Source: Desulfuromonadales bacterium
Lineage (GTDB): Bacteria; Desulfobacterota; Desulfuromonadia; Desulfuromonadales; SZUA-540
Direction of reading: 5' to 3'
Assembly: GCA_033549025.1 (NCBI GenBank)
Contig: JAWSUS010000008.1
Location: 32,001 to 96,000, forward strand
Length of the DNA: 64,000 nt
Below are positions 18,455 through 27,131 of the stretch, piece by piece. Under the pieces are notes generated by a model that was not told the origin of the DNA, made no database searches, and saw only the letters and a list, made by a program, of their open reading frames with translations. The translations under genes were made by a program, and so were the position numbers. Within the stretch, counting starts at the first letter, position 1; each line of letters starts with the position of its first letter.

Positions 18455-19984
18455 TTAGATGATTTCTTTGAAGTCCGCGCCGGTGCTGGTCAGGATGAAG
18501 TTCAGCTCGATGAACTCCGCCGTCTTGGTCGGCTTGACGAACACGCGGGCCACCATTTCGTTGCGGTCGATGACCGCCGGGGTATTGGTCTCCTCGTCGC
18601 ACTGGAATGCGAAGTCGTAGAGGCCACCCTTGTCCTTGATGTCCTGCAGGAAGGGGTTGATCAGGCGGCCGAGGGCACGCCAGGTCTGGGGATGGTTCGG
18701 CTCGAACACCACGAAGCGGGAGGATTCCGAGATGGCTTCCTCCATGAACATCATCAGACGGCGGACGTTGATGCGATCCACGGCCGAGGGCTGGCTCTGC
18801 AGTGTCTTCTGCCCCCAGATGTTGATGCCGGTGTCGGGGAACACGGCGATGACGTTGACCCCTTCCGGATAGAGCACATCGCGCTCGCCACGGCTGGTCT
18901 TGTAGGCCAGGGAGAGCGTGTTGAAGATGCGGCCCCGGTCGATACCGGCGGGCGCGTTCCAGACGTTGGTCTTCTGGTCGCTGCGGGCGATGCAGCCCGC
19001 CACCGCGCCGCAGGGCGGCACCAGCTTCTTGCGCGAGTTGACCGGATCGCTGATCTCCAGCCAGGGGTAGTAGAGCGCCGCGTAGGAGGAGTTGAAAGCC
19101 GCGTGGCTGTACATCCCTTGTCCCTTGCGGAAGTCGACCGCTTCGAGCGGCTCCAGGTGCATGGGCGTGTCGGCGATAAACAGCAGGTCCTTGCGCCCTT
19201 CGGCATAGGCGATTCCGGCGTTGATCACCGGCACTGTCGTGACGCCGGGGACCATCAGCAGGTTCAGGGCGTCGATCTCGTCAAAGCCATAGAGACCGGT
19301 ATGCTGCGAGGGATCGCCGATGAAATCCGCATCGGCCAGATCGGTCAGCCCGTTGTCGCCGCCGCTGAGCGTGAACACGCCCAATCCTGGACGGTCGCCG
19401 GGCGTTCCCGTTGCTGTGGCCAGATCCTGGACCAGGATGAAATCCGAGCGGTCGTTGATCGCCAGCTCCACATGGTTCGGCAGCGTCTCGTCCATGCTCA
19501 GATCCTTGAACACCTCGACCACATCGCCTTTGTGCCGGACCACCAGGTTGAAATGGTTGGCCGGATCGAGAGAACCGTCCTCGATGGAGATGGAGAGTCG
19601 GTCGCCCCAGACGCCTTCGTTCACTGCTTCTATCCGCAGGGTGTCGGCGGGCGTGGCCTCCCGGTTCTGCAGCACGATGGAAGACTTCAGCGCCGTCAGG
19701 GTGTCCCGGTCGGTGGGATCGGTGAGATGGGCAATACGGGTGACATAGAGGACCGAGCCGCCGTTGTCGAAAAACGCCCGGGCGGCGTAGGCCAGATAGC
19801 TCTCGTTGATATAGGAGCCGAAACGGTTGATGAACTGCTCCCAGCTCGTCACCAGCACGGGCTTGTTGATCGGGCCTTTCTCGGCCACCCCGACCATGGC
19901 GGCCGACGAGGTCGAGATCTGCTTCACATAGAAACTGAAATCCGTTTCCCGGGTGTAAATCCCGGGGGATAGATAGGTCGGCAT
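18455..19984 (-). CDS. Contractile tail sheath protein
   Basis: YLSPGIY, AALYYPW, VWNAPAG, INVRRL, VVFEPN, PTKTAEFI. Confidence 0.95.
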   Translation of the reverse strand: MPTYLSPGIYTRETDFSFYVKQISTSSAAMVGVAEKGPINKPVLVTSWEQFINRFGSYINESYLAYAARAFFDNGGSVLYVTRIAHLTDPTDRDTLTALKSSIVLQNREATPADTLRIEAVNEGVWGDRLSISIEDGSLDPANHFNLVVRHKGDVVEVFKDLSMDETLPNHVELAINDRSDFILVQDLATATGTPGDRPGLGVFTLSGGDNGLTDLADADFIGDPSQHTGLYGFDEIDALNLLMVPGVTTVPVINAGIAYAEGRKDLLFIADTPMHLEPLEAVDFRKGQGMYSHAAFNSSYAALYYPWLEISDPVNSRKKLVPPCGAVAGCIARSDQKTNVWNAPAGIDRGRIFNTLSLAYKTSRGERDVLYPEGVNVIAVFPDTGINIWGQKTLQSQPSAVDRINVRRLMMFMEEAISESSRFVVFEPNHPQTWRALGRLINPFLQDIKDKGGLYDFAFQCDEETNTPAVIDRNEMVARVFVKPTKTAEFIELNFILTSTGADFKEII

Positions 19985-19986
19985 GG

Positions 19987-20244
19987 TTATTTCCTCCGCT
20001 TGCTGGTGGTCTTAGCCTCATCGGTTCCGACGTCCTCGGTCGCCGTGGGCTTTTCCGGCTCCGGTTCCGCGCCGCCGGTCAGGTCGGTGATGCGCACCAG
20101 GCCGCGTTTCCCGGCGGTCTTGATCTCGGCGGAGAGGTCCTTGCGGGCGATGCTCTTGCGCTCTCGCGGTCCGAGGTGGAGGGTTCCCTGGCCGGAGAGG
20201 TTGAACGTCAGGGGTTGGAACTGCAGGTTTCTGATCTCGATCAC
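19987..20244 (-). CDS. Hypothetical protein
   Basis: 85 aa, AAGGAG RBS, in operon. Confidence 0.65.
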   Translation of the reverse strand: MIEIRNLQFQPLTFNLSGQGTLHLGPRERKSIARKDLSAEIKTAGKRGLVRITDLTGGAEPEPEKPTATEDVGTDEAKTTSKRRK

Positions 20245-20256
20245 GGTTGTTCTCCT

Positions 20257-20805
20257 TTACGGTTGAATGGTTCGTTGCTCTGTCACGTCGCCGTGAAACT
20301 GGAAGGTCCGGTCCCGGATCAGCCGACCGTCGCGCAGGTCGCCGTCGTACACCGGGCAGGATTCGATACGGATGCGTCCGGAGCTTTGCCGGAGGTTGGA
20401 GAGGTTCACCCAGGCCAGACCGCCCAGAGGAACCAGTTCGGTGAGGTTCAAGCTGCCCTGGTCTGCGATGGCGATCTCCGGGTAAAGCTGAAGGAACCGC
20501 GATACCGACTCGTGAAAACCGAGCAGTTCGGCCTCCCGATCCACGGTTACCACCAGGTCGAAATCGAGGTGATAGAGCCGGGGAAACCGGCACTCCTCGA
20601 AAGTCAGCTCCGCGATATTCTTCTCGAACAGGCGGCTCTGGCTGCGGCGGAAACGGTCTTCCGTCAACTTCGGCCCCTGGAGGATGACGCTGGGAGTGCG
20701 CTGGACCTCGAACAGGTCATCCGGGAACACCAGCACGGTGTCCGAGTGGATGGCCTGCTTGGCCAGGCGGATCAGGGTTTCTGTGACGGTCTGTATCGTG
20801 CTCAA
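20257..20805 (-). CDS. Putative tail terminator / sheath-stop protein
   Basis: Position before sheath; GGAGG RBS with TTG start. Confidence 0.55.
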   Translation of the reverse strand: MSTIQTVTETLIRLAKQAIHSDTVLVFPDDLFEVQRTPSVILQGPKLTEDRFRRSQSRLFEKNIAELTFEECRFPRLYHLDFDLVVTVDREAELLGFHESVSRFLQLYPEIAIADQGSLNLTELVPLGGLAWVNLSNLRQSSGRIRIESCPVYDGDLRDGRLIRDRTFQFHGDVTEQRTIQP

Positions 20806-20829
20806 GGGACGCCTCCGTTTTCTGCCTGG

Positions 20830-20860
20830 TTACTTACCGGAAGCGCTGGCGATGTGTCGG
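20830..20860 (-). promoter_or_regulatory. Phage promoter motif upstream of the tail operon
   Basis: CCGAC-N15-CCGGTAAGTAA. Confidence 0.8.
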
Positions 20861-20864
20861 AGGC

Positions 20865-21347
20865 TCAAAGCGCGGAGCGGATCGCCTCGCGATAGTTCTG
20901 GAGGATCTGCTCGCGGTACTTCTCCATCACCGGATGCAGAAAGGGTCTGGCGGGGATGATGATGGTCGCGCCGGGATGGTTGATGGTGGCCCCGTACTCC
21001 ATGACGGCACCGATGTTCACCATGTCTTCCCCGTCCTTGTTGACGGTGCCGCGCAGCAGGCCGACGAACGCCTTGTCGGCCATGATCTTCTGGGTGATGG
21101 CGTTGACGAGAAAGCCGGTGTCGATGAGCGCCTTGCTGGAACCTTTGCGCTCGATGGTGCTTGCGGCGAGTTTCACGAAGGCTTGGCCGCCCGGGGCCTG
21201 GGAGCGTATCCCCCGCTGAATCTCGCGCACCAGAAAAAGGGCGTTGCGGATTGTGGCCTGGCGCAAGGCCGTGGCCAGGCGCGGCCCCATGCCGGTGGTC
21301 AGCTTGGCGCGGGCCTTGTCCCAGTCTCCGGTCCGCCTAACGCCCAT
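20865..21347 (-). CDS. Virion morphogenesis / tail completion protein
   Basis: LAASTIERKGSSKALIDTG, EYGA, IPARPFL motifs. Confidence 0.8.
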   Translation of the reverse strand: MGVRRTGDWDKARAKLTTGMGPRLATALRQATIRNALFLVREIQRGIRSQAPGGQAFVKLAASTIERKGSSKALIDTGFLVNAITQKIMADKAFVGLLRGTVNKDGEDMVNIGAVMEYGATINHPGATIIIPARPFLHPVMEKYREQILQNYREAIRSAL

Positions 21348-21696
21348 TGAGCTTCACCAGTTGCAGGTTCTTGTGGGTGACTGTGCCGAAGAAGTGTTCT
21401 TCTTCCACACTCTGTATGCGATAGGTTTCTCTGTCTGCGGCCAGGCGGTCTTCACCCCGGACGTCGGCATCCGGAAGGACACAGGCGAGCGCGTCGATCT
21501 TGCCGCTCAACTCCTCCGGCGGGGTTTCGTTCAGTTCGAGGGGGATGACAGAAACTTCTGAGTATTCGGCATCGTCGGTGCCGTAGAGCCGCTCGCCGGG
21601 AACCACGCGCAGAACCCGTGCGGTCTGGCCGGAGGAGAGGATCAGCCGGGCGACATCGGCCACGGCTTCGGCGCGTTCCCGGTCATTCAACAACAT
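21337..21696 (-). CDS. Putative head closure (stopper) protein
   Basis: Position in neck module; beta-rich; start moved to ATG 21696. Confidence 0.55.
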   Translation of the reverse strand: MLLNDRERAEAVADVARLILSSGQTARVLRVVPGERLYGTDDAEYSEVSVIPLELNETPPEELSGKIDALACVLPDADVRGEDRLAADRETYRIQSVEEEHFFGTVTHKNLQLVKLNGR

Positions 21697-22147
21697 CGAG
21701 ATCGATCCCTTGTTCGTAGATGACCGGCGCAAGTCCGCTCGGAGTCAGGATATAGGCTTCCTGGTCGAGCTGGGTGGCCGGACGCAACTCGGTGAGCCGC
21801 TGCCGGTAGTCAGCGAGCAGATCGGCCTCGAGCTTGGCCCAGTGGCCGGGCTGGCCGGTTTTGTCCACCCTCTTGTCGCCGCTGGAAAAGGAGAAGGCGT
21901 TGGCGGTGGCCGAACGCATGACCTGGCAGGCGTGGATCTGCGCCATGATCACCAGGAGCTCGCGGACCTCGCCGGTGGGATCGGGGGTGATCTCTCCGGC
22001 CGTGATCGTCAGCGATTGGTCGAGGTCGCGGCCGACCCGGAAAACGGCCTTCCGGACGCATCTCTCCAGAGTCTGGTCCTCGAAGAGAGATGCGCCCGGA
22101 TCGGACAGGTCGAGCCGCAGGTCGGCGATCAGGTCACTCAGCAGCAC
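21683..22147 (-). CDS. Putative head-tail adaptor
   Basis: Helical 154 aa protein after capsid; FSFSSGDKRVDK. Confidence 0.6.
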   Translation of the reverse strand: MLLSDLIADLRLDLSDPGASLFEDQTLERCVRKAVFRVGRDLDQSLTITAGEITPDPTGEVRELLVIMAQIHACQVMRSATANAFSFSSGDKRVDKTGQPGHWAKLEADLLADYRQRLTELRPATQLDQEAYILTPSGLAPVIYEQGIDLDVVE

Positions 22148-22493
22148 CTTGCAGGCCCTCCAGACGGCTCTTGAGCGCGTCGATCACCGTGCGGCGTTTC
22201 TCGGTATCCATGTAGCCTTTGAGGGTCTCCGGATTGGCCTCCTCGTTGACCCTGGAGATGGCGTCGGTGGCGGAGAGCTTGCTCAGGTCCACCGGTTCCG
22301 CGTCCTGGTCGGGCTCTGGAGGGGCGAGCGGTTCCTGTTTCGGTTTGTCGGCCATGGCCAGGCGGCCATTCTTGAGCGCCGCTTGGATCTGCTTGGTGAG
22401 GCGTTCCACCTCGACCACCTGGCCGGGCTTGAGTTTCAGCCCGGCGTCGGGGATCACCAGAACGCCGGGACGGATGTTCTTGATTCGATTCAT
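22134..22493 (-). CDS. Hypothetical head-associated protein
   Basis: 119 aa; EKRRTVIDALKSRL C-terminal motif frequent after capsid genes. Confidence 0.6.
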   Translation of the reverse strand: MNRIKNIRPGVLVIPDAGLKLKPGQVVEVERLTKQIQAALKNGRLAMADKPKQEPLAPPEPDQDAEPVDLSKLSATDAISRVNEEANPETLKGYMDTEKRRTVIDALKSRLEGLQGAAE

Positions 22494-22511
22494 CTCACGT
22501 CACCTCCCGGA

Positions 22512-23375
22512 TTACGGAACCAGTTTGACCTTGGCCATGATGTCGGGGCGGGTAATGCCCTGACCGATCTCGGACCACACCAGCCAGCCGGTCTTGAAGC
22601 GGGTCTTCTGGTCGATGGATTCCGTCTTCAGGTTTTCACGCACCGGCATCTTCCCGACCTCTTCATCCGGGACGATGATGATCTCGTCCAGCGGCATGGA
22701 GGCGGTCAGCAGAATGCCGCCGGTGCCGTAGTTCTTGATGACACCCTTCTGGCGCAGCTCGAGCTTGGTCTGGGGATCGAGGTTCCAGCCGCGCATGTCG
22801 TTGAACCGACGGCCACGCATGACGATGTACTTCACCGACAGCTCCAGGTCCTCGATGATCGAGATGGCCTCGTTCAGTGCCTCTTCGGTGAGCAAATCGC
22901 CGGTGACCTCGATGGTGTTGGCCGCCGGGATGGCCGAGGAGAGCACCGAGATGGTGCGGCGGTCCATCTCCTTGCGGATGGCGTCGGCGGCGCTGGTCTG
23001 GATATCCATCAGCGTGCCGATGTTGCCATTTTTGAGGACGGAAACATCCACCATCGGATTGGAGTGGATGCGGTTGGTTGGGAACTCGACTTCGTCCTTG
23101 CCCACCTCCTGCTCCTGGGCGTCGCCGTCCTTGCTGATCCAGTGGGCCTTGACGGTCGGTTTCTTCTGGTAAACCGGACGTTCGCCCTTGGGCAGCGTGT
23201 GCTTGGTAAGCAGCAGCGAGGAGATCTCCTTGCGCTTGATCTCCTGTTCGATGGGCGCGGCAATGGCGGCGGCAAGCGCCCGCATGCCTTCGGGCGACTC
23301 GAGAGCCTCGCTCATGAGCCGCGCCATGGTTTCCATGTACTCCTGGGAGTGGATCTTCAACTGATTGGTTTTCAT
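22512..23375 (-). CDS. Major capsid protein (HK97 fold)
   Basis: 287 aa after scaffold and decoration genes; strong RBS; plausible HK97 pattern. Confidence 0.8.
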   Translation of the reverse strand: MKTNQLKIHSQEYMETMARLMSEALESPEGMRALAAAIAAPIEQEIKRKEISSLLLTKHTLPKGERPVYQKKPTVKAHWISKDGDAQEQEVGKDEVEFPTNRIHSNPMVDVSVLKNGNIGTLMDIQTSAADAIRKEMDRRTISVLSSAIPAANTIEVTGDLLTEEALNEAISIIEDLELSVKYIVMRGRRFNDMRGWNLDPQTKLELRQKGVIKNYGTGGILLTASMPLDEIIIVPDEEVGKMPVRENLKTESIDQKTRFKTGWLVWSEIGQGITRPDIMAKVKLVP

Positions 23376-23393
23376 GTGCGTTGGCTCCTTGGG

Positions 23394-23756
23394 TTAGACG
23401 AGCAGGCGAAATTTGAGGACGCCGCTCTGTACGGAAATAGCGTGAGCGACCACGTGCTCTCCGGCCGCGACGCCGTTGGTCAGGCGACCGTTCGCCGAAA
23501 CTTTCAGGTCGTCTCCGGCGACGACGGTCCCTTCGAAGGCGTCGGTCTCGTAGACGCCGCCATCGCAGTAGATACCGGGCATTTCGCCACCGGCGTAGTC
23601 CTTGATCAGGATGCCGAAGGAGCGCTTGGTGGGATCGGTGTTGACGGCGAACAGGTCGTCGCCGACCACGCGGACCACCTGGCCGAGCTGGCCGTCGCCC
23701 TGGATGTGGCCGTCGCCATAGGCGAGGCTGCGGTGACACGGATTGATAAATGACAT
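23394..23756 (-). CDS. Capsid decoration/cement protein
   Basis: 120 aa Gly-rich beta protein between scaffold and capsid. Confidence 0.65.
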   Translation of the reverse strand: MSFINPCHRSLAYGDGHIQGDGQLGQVVRVVGDDLFAVNTDPTKRSFGILIKDYAGGEMPGIYCDGGVYETDAFEGTVVAGDDLKVSANGRLTNGVAAGEHVVAHAISVQSGVLKFRLLV

Positions 23757-23768
23757 GGTGTTTCCTCC

Positions 23769-26168
23769 TTATGCGTTGATTTCCGAGTGTTCGGGAGAGT
23801 CCTCGCCGACACGGTTGCGGTAAGCGGCCATGAACCCGTCGCGCAAGCGGTCCTCGAGCGACACCTTGCGGTCGTCCACATCGTGGGGCCGGACACCGGC
23901 GTCGCTGCGCAGCGGGGTTTCCGTCGATGCCTTGGCGGCGGGCTTGCCGCCCTGGTCGCTGTCGGCGGGTTTCTCTTCCTTGTCCTTGTCCGCTTTGGCC
24001 GACTTGGGCAGGCGCTCGTAAGCGGCCTCGGTGGCGGCGAAGGCTTCGTCGGACAGTTCGGCCAGGCGTTTCAGCTCGGCTTCCCGGTCCTCCTCGGAAG
24101 CGAAGGAGAGTCCCTGCTTCTCCAGACGGGTGAGCAGCTTCTTAGCCCGGGAGCGGCAGGCGGCCGCCTTTTGTTCGGCTTCCAGTTCCTGGACGCGTTT
24201 CTGCAGCTCGGCGACCTGGGCCTTGAGCTGCCGGTTTTCCTTTTCCAGGTCGGTAACACGGGCAGGATCGCCTTCCTGCTGGGCCGGTTTCTTCTTGGCC
24301 GCTTCGACGGCCTGGTCATCGGTGGGTTTGGTTTTGTCTTCCATCGTGGAATCTCCTTCGGGTTGGGATTGGTCGGGCTGGCTCTGAAGGGACGCCACCT
24401 GCAGAATCCTGGCGTTCTCGTCCGCGCCTTTGCGGTCGAGCAGTCCCAGTCCGGTGAAAGTGACGCCGTGCAGAATCTCGAAAACGGGTTGGCCATTGAA
24501 ATCACGGCCCTTGAATTTGCGCAGGTGGGTGCAGTAGTCGGCCTTGTTCTGGAAGCGCTTGTGGCAGACCGAGCATTCGCCTTCCTGGTAGTCGCACTCC
24601 ATGGAGACCTGGGAGATGATCCCGCGCTTCATCAGCTTGTAGGCCAGCCGGGCGGCCGGGGTGTCGTGGACGTACAGCTCGCCGACGCATTCCACGCGGC
24701 CGCCGTTGTCGTCCTCCAGGTAGTCGGCGGCGACGATGCCACCGACGATGTCGTTGAACTCCTGCGAATGCTGCAGATCGACCTTCTTGTTCACGGCCGT
24801 CATGTGCCGACCGGACAACTCCTCGGCGGTGAAGTGGTCGCCGTTCTTGTTGGTCCCTGTGCGGCAGAGCACGAAGCTGAACTGGGGGTCGCCCGCCGAT
24901 CCGACATCCATGGCCTCGGTCGCGAGGCGTTCACCATCGCCCAGCCGGATGTCCACGGGGATGCTGGTGTGGAAGTTCGCGGCGGCGGCCATCGGAACGG
25001 GTTTCTCCTCCCGCTCGGCGCTGGCCTTGGTCCCGGGAGCACAGACAAACAGACGCTCCTTGGCGTTGGAAGCCTCGCCGTGCTTGGAGGTGATGGCGTA
25101 GTGGTGATCCTTGGACTTCATCCGGCTCTGTTTGCCGAAGGAGCCGATGATCCGCTTCATCTCCTGCTCGTTGGGATAGGCGTGATCGCGGTAGGAAATC
25201 AGCCAGTGCGGAATGTGTTTGGCATTGCCGAGAAAGGTCTGGAAGAATTCGCTGGCGTTGGCCTTGGTGACGGTCTTGTGGTCGGTCTCGTAATACTTGA
25301 CCTTGGTGTCGGCCTTGATTTCGAGCCCTTCCCAATAGGTCATGAGCCCCTCCACGAAGTGGTAGGCCCGCTCGTAGTTGGTGGTCGAAAACTCGGTGGC
25401 GTAGGGCGGATCGAAGTAGGCCAGATCCGCCTTGGCTTTCGGCAGCAGGTCGTTGATGTCCTGCCGGTGGGCCTTGTTCTCCTTGTCGTTGTCGAAGACC
25501 AGGGCGTTGATGCGCTGCAGGTTCTTGCGCAGACGATCCTTGAACTCGTCGGGGGTGTCCTGGCGGCGGCCATAGTCGGTGGACGACGAGAAGTGGCCGA
25601 AGCCGCCTTTGCCACTCATGCAGGTCTTGCCGAGACCGAACAGGGCGATGTCTTTCTTAAAGCCGGAGAGCTTGTCGCAGTTGGCGCGGATGGTGTCGAT
25701 CAGCGCATGGACGCCCTTGGCGAAGAAAATGCCCTTGAAGTTGTCCTGAACGAAGCTGCCCGCCTTGGCGTTGTCGGCCAGGAGTGCCTCGATCTCGTCC
25801 TCGCTCAGGCGAACCGAGTTATTCTCGATGATCGCCTTGGCGGCGTGGTGGCAGTAGCGGAGCCGGTCGTTGGCGATGACCTGGAGGCCCTTGGTCTTGT
25901 ACATGTAGGCCACGACCGCAGACCCCGAAAAGGCGTCGAGCACGGTGCAAACGCCTTCCGGGGTATGCTTCCAGATCCAGTCGACGAGCTTCTGCTTACT
26001 GCCGATGTAGTTGGTGATGTACTTGGGGCGTTTCTCGGGAGGGAGCTCTTCAGGAGCGGACTGTTCGGCGGCCTCGGTCCCAAGCGCATCGGGATCGAGA
26101 GTCAGCGCCGCATCGGCCTCCAGTAGAAACGCCAGCCTTTCCAGGTCTGTGGCGAACAGTTCCATCAA
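23769..26168 (-). CDS. Fusion: DNA adenine methyltransferase (D12 class) + prohead protease-like domain + coiled-coil scaffold
   Basis: NYIGSKQKL, DAFSGS, DPPY; then NKNGDHF..H..VSMEC..CSVC; then long charged coiled coil; single frame of 799 aa. Confidence 0.8.
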   Translation of the reverse strand: MMELFATDLERLAFLLEADAALTLDPDALGTEAAEQSAPEELPPEKRPKYITNYIGSKQKLVDWIWKHTPEGVCTVLDAFSGSAVVAYMYKTKGLQVIANDRLRYCHHAAKAIIENNSVRLSEDEIEALLADNAKAGSFVQDNFKGIFFAKGVHALIDTIRANCDKLSGFKKDIALFGLGKTCMSGKGGFGHFSSSTDYGRRQDTPDEFKDRLRKNLQRINALVFDNDKENKAHRQDINDLLPKAKADLAYFDPPYATEFSTTNYERAYHFVEGLMTYWEGLEIKADTKVKYYETDHKTVTKANASEFFQTFLGNAKHIPHWLISYRDHAYPNEQEMKRIIGSFGKQSRMKSKDHHYAITSKHGEASNAKERLFVCAPGTKASAEREEKPVPMAAAANFHTSIPVDIRLGDGERLATEAMDVGSAGDPQFSFVLCRTGTNKNGDHFTAEELSGRHMTAVNKKVDLQHSQEFNDIVGGIVAADYLEDDNGGRVECVGELYVHDTPAARLAYKLMKRGIISQVSMECDYQEGECSVCHKRFQNKADYCTHLRKFKGRDFNGQPVFEILHGVTFTGLGLLDRKGADENARILQVASLQSQPDQSQPEGDSTMEDKTKPTDDQAVEAAKKKPAQQEGDPARVTDLEKENRQLKAQVAELQKRVQELEAEQKAAACRSRAKKLLTRLEKQGLSFASEEDREAELKRLAELSDEAFAATEAAYERLPKSAKADKDKEEKPADSDQGGKPAAKASTETPLRSDAGVRPHDVDDRKVSLEDRLRDGFMAAYRNRVGEDSPEHSEINA

Positions 26169-26221
26169 CGTCTCCGGTCAGTTTGCTGTGCTCTCCGCGA
26201 CCTGCGGGGAGCGTTCAGCGG

Positions 26222-26252
26222 TTACTTACCGGAAGCGTCGGCGATGTGTCGG
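26222..26252 (-). promoter_or_regulatory. Phage promoter motif upstream of the MTase-protease/capsid operon
   Basis: CCGAC-N15-CCGGTAAGTAA. Confidence 0.8.
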
Positions 26253-26268
26253 AGGGTGACGGTGAATT

Positions 26269-26622
26269 TCAGCGGGCGGGGTTCAGCCGGGCCAGAACGG
26301 CCTTACCGCAGGCGTCGATGGAGGGGTATTCGTCGGTCTCGGCGATCTCGGAAAAGACCCCGTCGTAGGGAGAGCGGGACAGTCGGTGGTATTCGAGAAA
26401 ATCCGCCGGAAGCGAGGTGGCCCCGGCCTCGACCAGACGGTTGACCACCCAGGCAGCCTCATCCTTGCGGTCGGCAAGCCCGTTCGGTCCCCGGTCAAGG
26501 TAGTACATCTCCACATCCAGACCGGGACCCGGTCCCTGAACCCAGACGCCCACGGGCACGTATTCCGACACGGTGGCTTGCCGGTCGGCGAGTATCGAGT
26601 CGATCATATAGCGCAGTTTCAT
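26269..26622 (-). CDS. Hypothetical protein, candidate MuF immunity/accessory
   Basis: ATG 26622 overlaps the previous stop (ATGA); 117 aa. Confidence 0.6.
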   Translation of the reverse strand: MKLRYMIDSILADRQATVSEYVPVGVWVQGPGPGLDVEMYYLDRGPNGLADRKDEAAWVVNRLVEAGATSLPADFLEYHRLSRSPYDGVFSEIAETDEYPSIDACGKAVLARLNPAR

Positions 26623-27131
26623 GACCAGTCCTCTGCGATCCGGAGATGTTCGGCCAGAAGCTGGTCGTCGATCCGGCGGAATCTCTCGGCGTTCTTCTTC
26701 CTGTAGGAGATCCAGCGTTGCCAATCCGCCGCGAGTTCGGGCTCCGAGACCGGCTCGATCATTTCGACATGGTGAATGCGGCCCAGGTCGTCGGTCAGAT
26801 CGACAATCAGCCACCCTTCGGCCGTCTTACCGTCATGTTCGGCTGTCAGTGTGTCTTCGACCCGGACATCCACCACCTTGACGGTGTGGGCGTGCTGGAA
26901 GCCCTCGTCGTAGCCGAGCGCCTTCCACAACAGCCAGAAATCGGTGCGCAGATGGTTGCCAGCGGCGTCGAAATGGGGGGCGATCCGGGTGACGGTGAAG
27001 CTGTCCACCAGGGTATCCAGAAAGAGATCCCCGGATTCTCTGACCGTCATGCGGCTGCCCCGGCTGTTGAACCAGTGCAGCGATTCTTGCAGCCGCCGTT
27101 TTTCCTGCTCGATAAAGTCCTTCATGGTCAT
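26619..27131 (-). CDS. Hypothetical protein, candidate MuF immunity/accessory
   Basis: ATG 27131 overlaps the MuF stop (ATGA); 170 aa. Confidence 0.6.
   Translation of the reverse strand: MTMKDFIEQEKRRLQESLHWFNSRGSRMTVRESGDLFLDTLVDSFTVTRIAPHFDAAGNHLRTDFWLLWKALGYDEGFQHAHTVKVVDVRVEDTLTAEHDGKTAEGWLIVDLTDDLGRIHHVEMIEPVSEPELAADWQRWISYRKKNAERFRRIDDQLLAEHLRIAEDWS

Noticed and set aside
17276..19972. Long plus-strand ORFs (898 aa here; also 21834-23753, 23787-26126, 27485-29608, 39682-41481)
   Set aside because: Antisense shadows of well-supported minus-strand genes in high-GC DNA; no motifs
754..20805. Tailocin / extracellular contractile injection system
   Set aside because: Capsid, portal, terminase and replication genes are contiguous, so it is a phage tail
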